NCBI GenBank assembly: GCA_013265495.1
Contig: MU061578.1
Location: 1,497,308 to 1,561,307 of the forward strand
DNA: 64,000 nt
DNA from: Vicugna vicugna
Lineage: Eukaryota
Direction of reading: 5' to 3'
The first letter of the stretch is position 1; the number at the start of each line of letters is the position of its first letter. The notes beneath the pieces were generated by a model that was given only the letters and a program-made list of their open reading frames with translations, searched no databases and was not told the origin of the DNA. Both the position numbers and the translations under genes were made by a program. Shown here one piece after another: positions 37,644 to 51,306 of this stretch.

Positions 37644-37984
37644 ATCAGCCACATATATTACGGGCTGAATCTATCTCCCCTCCCCACCCCACTCCACAGC
37701 ATACAGACACAACAGTTGTTCTGGGGACCACAGAATACTTGAACACAGACAGGAAATCATCTTCTGATGTAAGTGACACCGAGCTCCCACACAGCTAACA
37801 GCAGGCTCTTGTTGATACAAAAGACCTGGCTGGGAGATTCCCCAATCCTTCTCACTTTCCCCAGCGTGCATCATGGCAAAAATGACATCTTTGGATCAAC
37901 AATCAGAATGAACATGATGTCACACAAATAAAGCAATGAGCGGATCCTTCAGGGGCTGGGGCTTGTTTCCAATGCACAAATACG

Positions 37985-38150
37985 AACACGTTTCACTTCC
38001 TGACGCTCCCCGGCCAGCCCCCACCCCCGCCCCGGCTGGACAGGTTTAGCCGGAGGTGGAAATGAAAACCCAGCCTCGCCCATTCCACTGATGTTGTTTC
38101 AGAGTCCAAAGTGGGGAGGAATTCAGTCACGTGAGCTCATCGGAAGGAAG
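37985..38150. promoter_or_regulatory. Candidate enhancer (ETS-IRF composite motifs, GC box, E-box)
   Basis: tttcacttcc 37991-38000, ggaaatgaaa 38058-38067, gtcacgtgag 38126-38135, ccccgccc; retained CpGs. Confidence 0.4.
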
Positions 38151-39496
38151 AGCCTCGAGACAGCACCTCTCTTGGCTCATGGTCTTTCTAAAGCCAAGAA
38201 AAACAAACCTGAAATATCTTGAGGTTGAAAATATCGTTTGGGGTTCAACACATTTGTTCTTAGGCTAAAATTGGCAAAACAAAACAAAACACAACAACAG
38301 AGGTTCCTGATTCCCAACAAACCAATCAGTGAAGCTCTGACTGGTCTTGCTGACTAAGGGTGCATTATGTCTTAGTATCTAACATTATGCTTTTGGAATG
38401 ATGGTTTTCGAGGTCATCCCTATGTTTCACGTATACACCGTTTGTAAAACAAATAGCTTGATTTTCTTTTATGTGAAATTATTTTAGGCACTATCATTCT
38501 GTGTTTTAAATCTTCCCGTTAGTTTTTTTTTTTAAGTAAGATAACTTTTCAAGTCAATTGATGTCAATGAACAGATCTGTAAATTATCATCTATAGAAAG
38601 GCGTACAGAACAGCCGAGGCCATCTCTCTAGGTACACTTAAAAGCTTGTGTATTATCGTCATTTCTCCACATCACAGAATTCCAATCAAACAAAATGCAA
38701 TCTCTTCTTAGAGAGTAATGTTATTTAAAGTAAACTGCTGATGAATTAGCCTACGTTTTAAGCCACGGGTAATATAACATTTATTAAAATCCTTCTAAGT
38801 TAGGAGGCTCAAATCTAAGCATATCTTCTAAGCACTTTTATTTCAGTCATGGATAATTCCCGACAGGGAAAAAAAATGGTATTAATAAATAAATAAAGCA
38901 AGCTTTGTTTCCAAAAGATTACCTAAAGAAGATTAACTTGTTTATCATCAATACCCAAATGAATTTTCTATCAGCTTGTCCATATGCTCTGGGGACCAGT
39001 CAACTCGTATACCTCCCAGTCGCAGACTCTCCACGGTCAAGCACATGCACACATGAGCATCGCACAAAGAGAACCTGCTCTCAGAGGCTAATCGCTGTGC
39101 CCAAGACGAAGCTCACTTCCCTCACTCAGGAGGGCTGAGCAATGACTCTGGGAAGATGGAGAAATAAACAGCCGGGCTCTCTGTTTATCTCCACGTGGTG
39201 GGACTTGCAGCAAGGAACCAAACGGACATGTGAATGATGGACGTGTCACCAAGGTCCTTCCCGGAATTTTCATGACAGCTGCCCCCAGCGAGTGTGTGTA
39301 CACTCAGGTCTTCCGATCAGCTACAGAAACCCTCTGGGATCATGAACAGTGGACATTGCCATGGACAGGCTGAGGGATTTTATAGGAAGACAGGTCCCTG
39401 ATAAGACCTCTTATATACAATAGTAAAAATTATTTTGTGGATTAAATAAAATGTGTTTAAGTGCATGAGAGGAAGTTACTATTTAAAAGGGTTTTT

Positions 39497-39960
39497 TTAA
39501 AAGAATGAAATAATACCATTTGCAGCAACATGGATGGACTTAGAGATGATTATACTAAGTGAAGTAAGTCAGCCAGAGAACGACAAATACCATATGATGT
39601 CACTTCTATGTGGGATCTAAAACAATGAGTCAAATGAACTTATTTACAAAACAGAAACAGACTCACAGACATAGGAAACAAACTTACAGTTACCAAAGGG
39701 GAAAGTGGGGGTTTAGGGATAAATTTGGAGTTATAGATTTGCAGATTCTAATCACTATATAGAGAACAAATGAAGAATCAGGTCCTACTGTACAGCACAG
39801 GGAACTACATTCAATATCTTGTAAGAACCTATAATGAAAAAGAATATGTATATGTGTGTATACTTGAATCCCTATGCCATACACCAGAGACTAACACAAG
39901 AAAGTAAATTGATTATACTTCAATTTAAATAAATAAGTAAACAAAAATTTTTAAAACAAA
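39497..39960 (+). mobile_element. Cetartiodactyl-type L1 3' end
   Basis: ccatttgcagcaacatggatggacttagagatgattatactaagtgaagtaagtcag; cttatttacaaaacagaaacagactcacagacatag. Confidence 0.92.
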
Positions 39961-40479
39961 ACTAAGTTTTTCTTTTTTGTAAAACAAAAAGTTATCCATT
40001 ACTCATATCTAGTAAATCCAGATTTTTACATATAATAAATATGGAGAATAAGACTTGAGAAAAATGTCTTCTTTATATTTCAAAGTCTAATTTATCACCT
40101 CATAGAAATCATAAACACATATTAAAAACGAGAAGGCAATTCGAGCCAGAGGTCTTACGACCAGTTTGCATAAAAACTCCAGACACAACCAGCCTTAGAG
40201 GCCAAGTCTGGGGTCCCTCAGTTATCTGTAAAGAATCTGCAGATAGAGTGGCTGGACAGGTGATGTTAAGGGCTTGGCTTCTGGTAGACCTGGGTTTGCA
40301 GCCCTGTGTACCCACTGCTAGAGCTTCAGAAGTCACCTGGAGAAAATGATCACCCACCCCTCACCACGACGCAGTGACGTCATGCAGGTGCAGTGCATAG
40401 CACTGGGCATGGCGCATAGTATGGTTACAAAGAACGTTTTTGTTAACACGTGGCATCTTCTCTTTCCATAGCTTACACT

Positions 40480-40905
40480 CAGGAGGACCGTTCTGGCAAC
40501 GTGATAGATGACAGGTGATTACTGAGCCCCAGCCCACTCTGCTCTTCCTGAACACACATTTGCCGAACTCCCTTGCACTAAGGTTGGGCTCGTGTGACCT
40601 GTTCTGGGCAACAGCAGGGGTGTCATGTGACAACTCTGGGCTGAACAGACAGTAGGTGTGAGCTCTACCTGTCCTCTCTTCTCCTGTTACTACAACCCTG
40701 CAAAGCCACATAAGATGTCAGCATAGCTATGGAAGACAGATGCACGCAGAATCCTGGCATTTCCCCTTGGTAGAGAACGGCCTTGGAGAGCAGCAGTGTC
40801 TGCAGCGAGCTCTGTGTGGCAAGAATGAAACTTCGAGTGATAAGCCACTAAGAGAGCAGGGTATGCTCCTTATTGAAGCATGAACCAGCCTATCCTGACT
40901 AATGC
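40480..40905 (+). mobile_element. MLT1 (H/J-like) solo LTR
   Basis: cccttgcactaagg...gtgacctgttctgggcaa...taagccactaagag...ccagcctatcctgactaatgca. Confidence 0.65.
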
Positions 40906-42889
40906 AGATTATCCCCTGATTTTAAACTGGGAATTCGGAGGATGTCAATTCTAATTTGGGTTCCTACCAACACCCCAAGTCACAGGAATCTCTTTCTTCT
41001 ATAAGTCTGATTCTTTTAGCAACTCGCTATCTGCCTTTCCTATATGCTAACATTGCAGAGATTCGTGGAAATGAGTTTAGCTGCATTTCTCTATGAAATC
41101 ATGTACTATTTGTATTTGCATAATGAATATTTTTAAGTCACATCATGAGAAGTTGGGTGCACGTGCGCAGCACAAACCAGGCACGTGAAATCATTCAATC
41201 AGAAACATTTCTTGGAAGATTATGTATCCTCATCATGGGCTCCTGAAACACAAGAGAGTGGCAGCAGTCTGGAGAAGGCTCAGAAAGCACACGCGATCTG
41301 CATCACCTGCCATTTCCACGGGTCTCTTGATGCGCGAGAGTGGGGCAGGGAGTGGGTGTGATGGGGGAGACAGGGGAAGAGGGAATGACTGGCAGCTGGA
41401 TACGTAATGGGAGTCTTCTACTTGGGAGTTTAGTTTCCATCGAGTTTAAAAACGGCCTGCCTTTGTGCCTCACCAGGCGAGGGAGCGGCTCTCTTCGGGG
41501 TAAGCCCTATCAATGCGTGCTGTCTCCCCCTTTTGAAGAAGGCATTCACCCCTTTAGTAACTGGAAATGTTCCCAAGATGTATATAATTTCACGGATGGG
41601 AGAACACCAATTTCACAGAACTTAAACTGCAAAGCCATGTAGTGCTTAAATTACGCAAGAACGAGCTGCGTCCCGGAGACCAGGGCAGCCTGGACATAGT
41701 GGTCCTTGGATGTGCTCCACTTGTGTGCATCCCCATGGCTCCCCGGGCATCTCTGAGCATCATCAGAGTGAAAGGTGGGGGGACAAAGGCTCAGAATAAG
41801 ACGATGAGATTCTGCATAGTTCCTGTTTGGAAAGAACGCTTCCTGTTGCTGATAACACCACCCACGCCCAACTTCCGCCTCTGTCTGGTCTGCTTGAGAC
41901 CTACCTGAGTGACAAGACCCTGGCACTTGGAGAGGCAGGTCTGGGATGGGTGGGAACCAGCCTGAGTATGTGGAAGGGATTCATTCCTTCACCTTCTCTC
42001 CATTTAGTCCATGAGGAAGTGAGAGCCCTCACTGCTGTCGCTGTGGGGTTTAAATGAGGTGGCACAGCATACGCAGCCCAGTGACTGGCACGGGACACAT
42101 CTTCAAAGAATATTTTGGTTAACCTGTGGCATCCTCCATCAGAGGCCAGAGAGAACCTATTTCTTCCAAGTTGAAATCAAGCTAAGCGTACAAATCAGAG
42201 GAGTAACGGAAAAAAAAATTAGGAAATATTCATACAATGGAAGAGGACACAAAGCTACTAAATTGATGTTAAGAAAAAAAATATTGAGACAGGAGATGCT
42301 TTGACAATAGAATGTAAACACAACACTGTATGAGCTGTTTACTAACATACACGATTTGGGGAAAAAATAAGGGGAAGTATTAGGTATTACAGCTGTAACC
42401 TTAAGTGGTGAGATCAACTTATGTTCGCATATTTTTCTGTGTTTTTTAAATGTTCTGCAACAAATGTGCATTATTTTCCTGTAATTAGCAAGCAACGTTT
42501 GGGCTTAGCTTATGTTAACATTGTGATTTGTAAAAACCTGGAACTCCCTCTTTCAGCAAACTTCACTAAAACCCTGCCCTGCTGATGTCATGACCACCAG
42601 CACTTCCCATCTTGATTTTCTGCTAGTTGATATGAAGAGCGGAAATAAAGAAATTGAACAGGATACAAAAGGATCCCCAGACTTTCAGAAATTTTTAGCT
42701 CTGAGAGCCTTCTGTTCGAAGGAAGGAAGGAAACCTGAGTGAAAATTTTCCTTCAACTTTGAAACAAGAAGATATTAAAAGTTTAAGAGAATTTTTTTGT
42801 TAAAAAAAAGGAGACAGCACATATTTATTTAGAATCCTTTTCTGGCCATGAAGGACGGTGACGGAGGGGTAGCAGGGAGGGAAATGACA

Positions 42890-43085
42890 AAGGATGGAGG
42901 TTTGAAACCCACCTGAAACTTTTTAACCATCATGCAACCTTAGGCAAGTTACCAAATGGCCCTAAGACTCAGTTTTCCTCATCTGTAAAATGGTACCAAT
43001 ATTACCTGCCACGTGGGTTAATTTGAAGATCACCCCAAGTAAAAGCAAAACGTGTAGAGGATGGATCGGGTGCTTAGTATGCATC
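42890..43085 (+). mobile_element. MIR
   Basis: accttaggcaagttac...ctcagttttcctcatctgtaaaatgg. Confidence 0.75.
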
Positions 43086-43718
43086 GAGAACACTAACTCA
43101 TTTCACATTAAGCTTTTTCCCACTCCAAGGACAAAGGAAGCAACTAGAGGAAAACTCATGCTTTAGGAATTTTCTCCTTCCCTCCAGCCTTCCATGTCTC
43201 AATTACTTCGCTGACCAGTTAATGGTAATTCATTACAGGGGGCTCAGCCATCACGTAGGAATGTAAGCCGATCTTTTAATTTCTTCCTCTAGGGCTCCAG
43301 AAATACTTCTAGGACACTGATGAAGAAGCTGGCCCCCTGTCCCGGCGCCTTTCCCCTAATCTCATCCCCCGACAACCCCCAGAGTCAGCTGGCTTGCTTT
43401 TCAAGGACAGAGGGGAGTGCAGCCCTAGAAGTAATCGACAGCTCCCTGCCTCCTTCCATAACAGCCATTTCTGAGAAGGCACTGGCACAAGCTGATGGTG
43501 TTTGCAAGACTTAAAGTTCAGGGGTTTGCCGTGGCCAGCGAGTGATTGCATCTTGATATTGCCTCTCCTCTGATATTTAAGCTTGGGGGGAAAGGATGAA
43601 AACATTTGCCCCCTCAATGGCTGCTCATGAAAATCACAAAATCAAAAGCATACATACCTGGCTGGCTCTTTTTTAGCTAATTAAAACCCGCGTACCCGGG
43701 AGGTTTTTCTCGGTGCTG

Positions 43719-43737
43719 CACTGCCATCTACTGGCTA
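43719..43737 (-). promoter_or_regulatory. CTCF core motif
   Basis: Minus strand tagCCAGTAGATGGCAGtg matches CCASYAGRKGGCRS without mismatch. Confidence 0.65.
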
Positions 43738-44340
43738 CATCAGCCTCTGCACCAGCAGCCCGCAGGTTTCCAGCATGAGATACTAAGGAAACGTTATCCA
43801 CAGGCAGGTGTGTTTTAGAATCAGGTCTTCACATTGAGCTATACAAACTATAATAGCCCCCAAAACCATAAGGCTATTCAATGATTTCCTCTGTGCTCAA
43901 ACGCACGGTGCATGTACAAGTGAAATGCAAATCGAAGTTCTATGTGCCCGCGATGAGCTGGTAAGTATCTCCAAAGCTGCGCAGCCTGGAGCAAAGAAGG
44001 AAACAGGCAGGAGTAGGCACCTAGCACGTGACAGAGGCTCGCACCTACGCGACCTCACTTCATTCCCACAGACACTTCACGTAAGGGAAAGTGTGATTGC
44101 CCTTGTACGGAGGCTTCCACGTTACAAAACCCATCAAGAGGCAGCTTGCTGCTAGGACGTATGGAAGGAGGAGTTGAATCCAGGTGTGTCTGCCCGCGAA
44201 GCTCAAACTGCTGGACATCACCCAGCCGGAGCCTCGCCGCCCCACACCCTCGTCTGTCCGTAGACCAGAGCATGGCAGCCCTGATGGCTTGTGGTCCTCT
44301 TAGACCTGATGTTGACGCACTTGGTCTGTGCACTTTGCCT

Positions 44341-44371
<31 letters not shown>

Positions 44372-44420
44372 TATATATATATATATACACACACATATAT
44401 ATGTATACATGTATATGTCT
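44341..44420. repeat. Compound (CA)n(TA)n microsatellite followed by an old L1MC-like fragment (~44430-44700)
   Basis: Directly visible; cctaataaagacgttctcctacataaccaca is L1MC-like. Confidence 0.8.
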
Positions 44421-45146
44421 ATACTGCAGCTGTCTTTTGCCATGTTAAACCATTTGAAAATAAGTCGTGGATAACCCCCCAAACATCTCCGCATGCATGT
44501 CCTAATAAAGACGTTCTCCTACATAACCACAATCCTATTATCACCCCACAAAAATTAAACTTTAACTCGAAATTATACATCTAGCGTCATATTTAAATGT
44601 CTCGATGGCCATTAGCAAAAGTAAGTAATAATAACCTCAGCGTTGCATTCGACTTTGATGCTCTTTTTGTTTCTTTTAATTGAGAATAAGCACTCCCGCC
44701 CCTGCCTTGTTTGTCTGTTTGTTTTCATAACATTTTAACGTCAGTCTTCTGGGTAATGCCCAACGGAAAACAGTAATTTGCTAGTTAACAAGGCGTCATT
44801 CAATAAATAAATATTAAGGCGAAGCAGAATCACTTCCTCCCACCCCTCTCCTAAAGAGAGCTCCCTGCCGACTGAGAACGGTCATCACCCTGCTGTGATG
44901 AGGGCGGCTTGCCGGCCCGCTGTGTTTGGTTCTCCCATTCCCTTTTTTAACTCCCCCTTTTGGTTCCTTTCCTTTCCTTTTTTTTTTTCAATTGTGATAC
45001 TCGCCACACACCATTTGTTTTCTTTGATATTTTCTCCCTTTATTTTACTTTTCTGTTTGTTGGTTAAATCAGTTGAAAGCTGTAGAAACTACACCCTGAA
45101 ATACTTTAACATGAATCTCTTACCAATGGAAACCTTCTCCCACATC

Positions 45147-45332
45147 AGAGATTCGCAACCAGGGACAAGCTTGTCCCTAGGGAACATCTGGCAGGTTCTG
45201 GTGATGTTTGTAGTTGCCATGACTTCAGGACGGGGGGTGCTCCTTGCATTGGGTGGGTGGAGATGCAGTCCCCACATCAGCCCCCACACCAAAGAATCAC
45301 CTGGTCCAAACTGCCAACGCTGAGCACCTCTG
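45147..45332. mobile_element. MER20 fragment
   Basis: cagagattcgcaaccagg...ggaacatctggcaggttctggtgatg...cagcccccacaccaaagaatcacctggtccaaa. Confidence 0.75.
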
Positions 45333-45554
45333 TTCTAAATAACCGCAAAACCATTATCAAACACGTGAATGATAAATACACTAAAAGCTAGTTATTATTA
45401 AATGCACATCTAACTTTCCTTTTCCAGTCTTCACGATTCCACAGAAAAAGGGACCATCAGCTGCAAAGTCGGATAACAAAGCCCTTGGGACATAAACAGC
45501 TTAGGGACCTGCACCGAAGTTCAATTCTTGTGATGAGAACTTTTCAGATGTCTC

Positions 45555-45685
45555 TTTTAGCAACTGTGAAATATGCAAAATTGATTACAGTCACCACGCT
45601 GTACGTTACATCCTCATAATTTATGTTAGAACTGGAAGCTTGTACTTTTTGACCCCTCCACCCCATTGCACCTGACCCCCAAATT
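45555..45685 (-). mobile_element. L1MA-like fragment
   Basis: acagtcaccacgctgtacgttacatcc...aactggaagcttgtactttttgacc. Confidence 0.7.
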
Positions 45686-47129
45686 GCCAAAAAAAAAAAA
45701 AGAAAGAAAGAAAGAAAGAAAGAAGGAAAGTTCAGTTATTCCTGTGGATCTGAGAACAGGAGCAGATAGCACTGATTCTGTTGTGGTGTTTGCTGTTTCT
45801 GTTTTGGCTCCCCTAGTCCTGGGGCACAAATGACACAAGTCTCATGCCAAAAAAAAAAAAAATTCATTCTCAAGGCACAGGGATTTCACTCTTTTCCAGG
45901 ATGAACTTTGATAGGATTCTAACATTCTCTTCTGGGGGGTAAAACAAACTAAATCTACAAAATATGTAACAAATAGCAAAGAGAGTTCTGAGTCATGGAG
46001 AATTGGCCATTTTTTGAGATAAGCTCAAAATTTGGAAGAACAAATAAAGGTTAAAAAGAGAAAGAAACGAACATCCAAACTTGCTTTAAGGAGCATATTT
46101 TGCATTTTCCCAAACATAATCCTAGAGAGTTACACAAAGGAGCAGGTAATGTTTACTGGATTGATCTTCTAAATAACACACTTTATCTTCAGAGCAACCG
46201 GGTTGAGTAGTAAGGGTAACTCTTATTTCCACCTTACTTATGTGAAAACTGCATCACAAAGAGAGAGGTCATGTTCATGACACAAACATCATCCGATGAA
46301 CTTAATCCACTGGGCTAAGACTCAATTTATTGGTAAAATGACTTGATTGTGTGTGTGGCGGGGCGGGGGCGGGGCGTGGTATATGGAAGCAATGTAATTA
46401 TGTGTGTTGGTTATTAAATTCACGACAATTTGATATCTTAATTCTTTTCTCAACTGAGTATATTTTAGGGATGGAAAGTACCTATATATGTCCCCTTTTC
46501 TGGAGACAAGGAAAACATTGCAAGCTGACCACCAAACTATTTCTGTTACATCTAGTTATACCCCTGAATCCTTCTGAACACAGCTTGCTGGGCAAAAATG
46601 ACTAATTTATAAAAGTCTGCTACCAAAATGGGTAGCAGAGATTTTTTTTTAACGAAGACAGGATTTAAAATAGGCTTCCACTGACTCTGAGACCCAGGCA
46701 AAAACCTGAAGTTTTCTATAAACTGTGTGAAAACTTCCTTGGGCTCAACTGTCACGTGGCCCCAGCTGCTTTTCTGTTGTGATCTTTCTATATGTATTGA
46801 TTTAAATCCATGCTCACCACGGTAGCTGAAACAGTGGAAGGCACGCCATTGATGTTTGGACCAGGAAGTGTGTACTTTTGCAACGTTCGTTGAATGAATA
46901 GTTTGCAAAGTTACGCGGCTAGGTTACAAAGACACAACACAAAGATTTAAAGCATCACCACGGCAGTGGTACCTCTACCACCTGTTAATGGTCCATTTAA
47001 GGTTGACACTGGGAAAGTAGAGTAAGAGAGGTGAATCCGAATGCTGTTATTAGAACAGACCCGAAGTCACCATATCCACAAGGAAGTCAAGTAGAAGCAG
47101 AGAGATGAACAATCATAACTCTACCACTC

Positions 47130-47350
47130 AGTGAGCATCCACGCACGACCCCCTGGTGAGCACTCTCCTGTCTCGCTTAATGATCCACCACCACTTTATG
47201 CACTAGTTCTCCTGTGGACCCATTTTACAGATGAGGAAACTGCACTTCAGAGAGGTGAGTCAACTTCCTGGAGGCCATGTTATCATGCGGGAGCAACACT
47301 GGGTTGAACTATTCCGTCATAGTCAGGATCTACACTTTTACTCACCCCGT
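47130..47350 (-). mobile_element. MIR
   Basis: cccattttacagatgaggaaactgcacttcagagaggt. Confidence 0.8.
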
Positions 47351-48799
47351 CTCGCCTGTCAGGCAGATGGAAAATAAAACACTGCTTTTGTAAACTCCAT
47401 GAGAGCAGAGCTCAGAAACATATGAAAGAAAATAAACAGCTAGACCTATGGTTTTTATGGTGGAGAAAGTTCCAGTATTTGTTTAGCCTCTCTACGAGGA
47501 GGAGTTAACAGCTAACAAACAGAATTTGAAAGCAGATAGGAGAGGAACACTTTGCACATAAAAAGATTCAATTTTTGCTCAAAGAACACACTGGGGTCCT
47601 CTGGGCTGGGTAAGGGGTGAGTTTGGACTTGCGTGAATCCACTCTTTGTGTAAGCATTTTAAACTTTTAAGCAAAGGAGATACTCAAAATACACGACCCC
47701 CTTTTCAATCCATTTGTACTTAGAGTGAAAAAGAGAAAGAGGCCACCTCCTGGAGGGGAGGCTACCATTGTCAATGTCTGCCCATCCATAGCAAAGGATT
47801 TCAAGTGCTACCTCCACATTTCCCTTCATGACCAAGAAGCATCCTTTGTGGAGATCGGCCAGGGACACTGAGGCCAAGAAATTGAGCGATGCGATGATGT
47901 CTAGAACGAGCAGAGACAGATCTCTCCTTTGCATCACCAGGACAAGATGAGTAAGTATTTCCTGAACCTCAGTTCATTCATACACCAGCCTCACTATTTT
48001 TGCCTCATCCATGGGTCACCTTTCCAATTATAAGGTTATTATTTTTCTTTAAGTTGACTCTTCTGCGCTTCAATAAAATTTAAGATGCTGTTTTCCATCA
48101 CAACCAAAACTGACACCCAGTCAAATCTGCCACAAATAGATGGAGACTATGAGACTACATGGGTTGAAAAGACAGCACTGGGCCTCAGTTGTTCAGCTCC
48201 GGCTGGATATTTTCTTGGCTGAAGGCTCAAGCTCTTTTAAAAAAACATCAGCCAGGGCTGGAGAGGTGCGGGAGCCATCGCAGCAACCCCGCGGACATGT
48301 TCTCTTTGACGTTGGAAAGGCTGAAATGGGCTTGAGAGGGAAATTGTATTCTCCCGCCAGGATTCAATCATATTAAATGACAAATCCATGCACCACCCAG
48401 AATGACTTTCATCCAGGAAGGGCGAGACGCGTGCCTCACTCGGAAGCACTCCTTAAGCCACTGATCTATCAATCTTCCTGGCTAAAGTCCACAACAAGCC
48501 TCACCAGCCGTTCCTGGTCAGTGATTAACTTCATGAGCTTAAACTAGGGGAGACTTCGGCGCTTCCTGAATTCAGCTGGTCGGGGCCTCTATTCCGAGAT
48601 ACCCCGGACTTAAAGGCTGTCCTGCATCAGTTCAGCAGAGCCTGGGTCTTTACAGCTGTTTCCCAAAGCACAAGGTGAAGAGAAAATCTGGTGCACAACC
48701 CTTTCTCAAAAGGGAAACTCTCCTGTTGTCGGAGAATCTCTAAAGAGACCTCTCATATCCTTAGTTGCTCTCTTTTAAAGGACAGGATTGGGTTCTACC

Positions 48800-49110
48800 T
48801 GGGCCGCCCAATACAGAGGCCACATGGGATTACCGAGGACTGAAAATGAGGCTCTCCCCAAGGGAGACGTGCTGTGAGTGTGAAACACACACCAGATTTT
48901 GAAGACCTGGTACCAAAAAAAAAAAAAATGTAAATGATCTCATAAATACTCTGATGTTGACTACATGTTGAAATGATAATATCCCAAAGGCAAAGTAAAA
49001 TATACTAGTCAAATTAATTTCATCTGCTCCCTTTTGTCTTTTTATTGTGGCTACTAGAAGACATAATATGACGTGTGTACCCTGCATCCTGTTTCTGTTG
49101 AGTTAGTGCA
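48800..49110. mobile_element. MER3/MER33-like hAT-Charlie transposon
   Basis: ttgactacatgttgaaatgataatat...aattaatttcatctg...gtggctactagaa. Confidence 0.8.
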
Positions 49111-50329
49111 GGATTATACGCTCAGTGTGGTTCCTCACTGACGAATCAGGCAAGTGATACATAAAAATTCTTCCCTAAAAAAATCACATCAGATCGTAAA
49201 ACAAGGCCCTTTAATTTTACAAAGTAGAAGTCACTGGTAGATATTTTAAAAGCTTTACCATCTCTGTTCAGTTTTCCTCTATGTTAATAACCTTTATAAC
49301 GATGTCAGGAGATAAATAGTTCTGTGTCTTTAAAGTTAGGAAAGAGGGGAAAAGGATTTCACGGCTCATATGTCTACGGATAAAGCAATCCAACTTTGGA
49401 CCAGCCCAAACTGGTTCCCTAATCAAAGATATACTTTTAATGAGATTTTATCTTTGATTGAAAATGTGAGGCTGTAATGAACCACTGGGTCATTACTCCG
49501 CTTCCGGGCTTAATTTTTATTTAATTCTAGCTCCCTGACGTTTTTGATATGGAACACTTAATTTATGCCGGATATTTAAAACTTTTTCTTTTTTGGATCT
49601 TTTGATGTAGGTAGCCTTTTGGGGCAATAAGTCCATTTTGAACTTACATAGTAACAAAATTAAGATCTAGTCTCTGTAGAAACATGCCACACGGGTCTAC
49701 GTCTTTATCCATATTTGTGTTTATAGCGGTAACAAGTGCAACAATAGGGTCTTAATGACTGTCAAGTTGTTGGCCGCCCTTAATTTCACGGCAGCTGGGA
49801 GTAGCTGAGAAATGAATGGCCTCTGGGGCTCTGTGAACCTAGGGTCTAACTAGTAGCCCTGTTGCCTACTCACTGTGAGAGCTTGGGACCTTCATTTACT
49901 ATTTCTGGAATTCCATTTCATCATCTGAAAACAAAGTGTCTATCTGCTTTCTTGGTTGGGAACGCCGATGAAAGAAATCCAGGCCCTCTCATCCCCAAGG
50001 ACGTCCGTCCAAGTCCAAGCCCTGTTCCCCTTCTCTCTGGGTGGTCGCGACACCTCTGTTACTGCTGCGAGCTTCCCGTGGGCTGGGACCCATCTGGGGT
50101 CGATGCTAAAGTGGTGAGAGAGAAAGTGCTCAGACTTTCCAGAATCTGTAGGAGGGCGGGATGGTATTCTGTCTCCAATCCACCTTCTCCCGGAACCTTC
50201 CCGATCCTGGCAAGCCTCCCTCGGAACTCCCAGTAACCGTAATTCTTCCCTCTTCATTCCCCTCTCAAGCCTACATATGCAACCGGTGTCACGGAACCTT
50301 CCTGCCTGCACTCGTGGCCCTCAACATGA

Positions 50330-50925
50330 TCCCAGTTGACGGAAGGAAGGAGCCGTGTGTGTGTGTGTTCTCCTGCATGCAGAGTCTTGTCTTCTACTTC
50401 TGTTCCCTCTCCAACTTGCCTCTCTTCAGGTTTCCTTTGGGGGACCTCTTTTCCTTAGGGGAACACCTGCTCTCCCATTTCCCTTGGAGACCACGTGGAG
50501 CTGACACTCAGCCCAAGTTCCAGGGATACACACGGGCCTCGGGCCACAGCCAAAGACAGCACCCCATGCCTGTGGCAGCAGGAACTGGTTCAGTAAGGGA
50601 CACGGACCCAACCGTGACTGAGCCTAGGGCTTCAATACTGAATTAGTCAAAGGTAAGCCTGGAATTCATCTTCTGGGGCCATTTTACTCCACTTGGGAAG
50701 AGCCTGCCTGAAATTAAGTCGACTCCAAGATAAAGAGAACCCAGAGTTGGAGACAGGTGTACTCCTGAGGGCATGTTATGAGCCCCTGGATCCAGTCAAG
50801 CCTGAAGCTGGACCCCCTTGGGTTTTCAGATGTGGGAGTGTATTATTTCCTTAGGGCTGCTGTAACAAATCACCACAATCCGGGTGACCTTAAACAACAG
50901 ACATAGATCATCTCCCACCTGTGGA
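50330..50925. mobile_element. Old MLT1-like LTRs (one + strand piece and a short - strand piece at ~50840-50925)
   Basis: gagcccctggatccagtcaagcctgaagc; tattatttccttagggctgctgtaacaaatcaccacaa. Confidence 0.6.
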
Positions 50926-51306
50926 GAACATGGCACTGTTTCAGTTGAGACACGTACTACATTACAGATGATGTGTCTTGTTTGAAGATTCTTTTCATCT
51001 GTGAAATTCTAATTTCCGATAGGAATACTGACCATGTATCATGATCTCTGCTTTTACAGCTTTCAGTCATGTGCCTGCTATGAACAACCACACACTGAGT
51101 GGTTACCAGGTACCGGGAACTGGAAACTGGTCATTGAGACACATTATGGAGAAGGTTCACAATAACCGTAAGAAGTAAGTGTTTTCATGATCATTTTCTT
51201 TTCAAGAGAGGAATCTGAGATACAGAAAGGTTAGGGTCATATCCAAACTCAGTCCTGTGCCCCATCCTATGCTCTGGTGGACCCCCTCCAATCCTTCCAT
51301 TAGGAC

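Noticed and set aside
47659..47937. 92-aa ORF
   Set aside because: Non-ATG start, no recognisable homology or exon structure.
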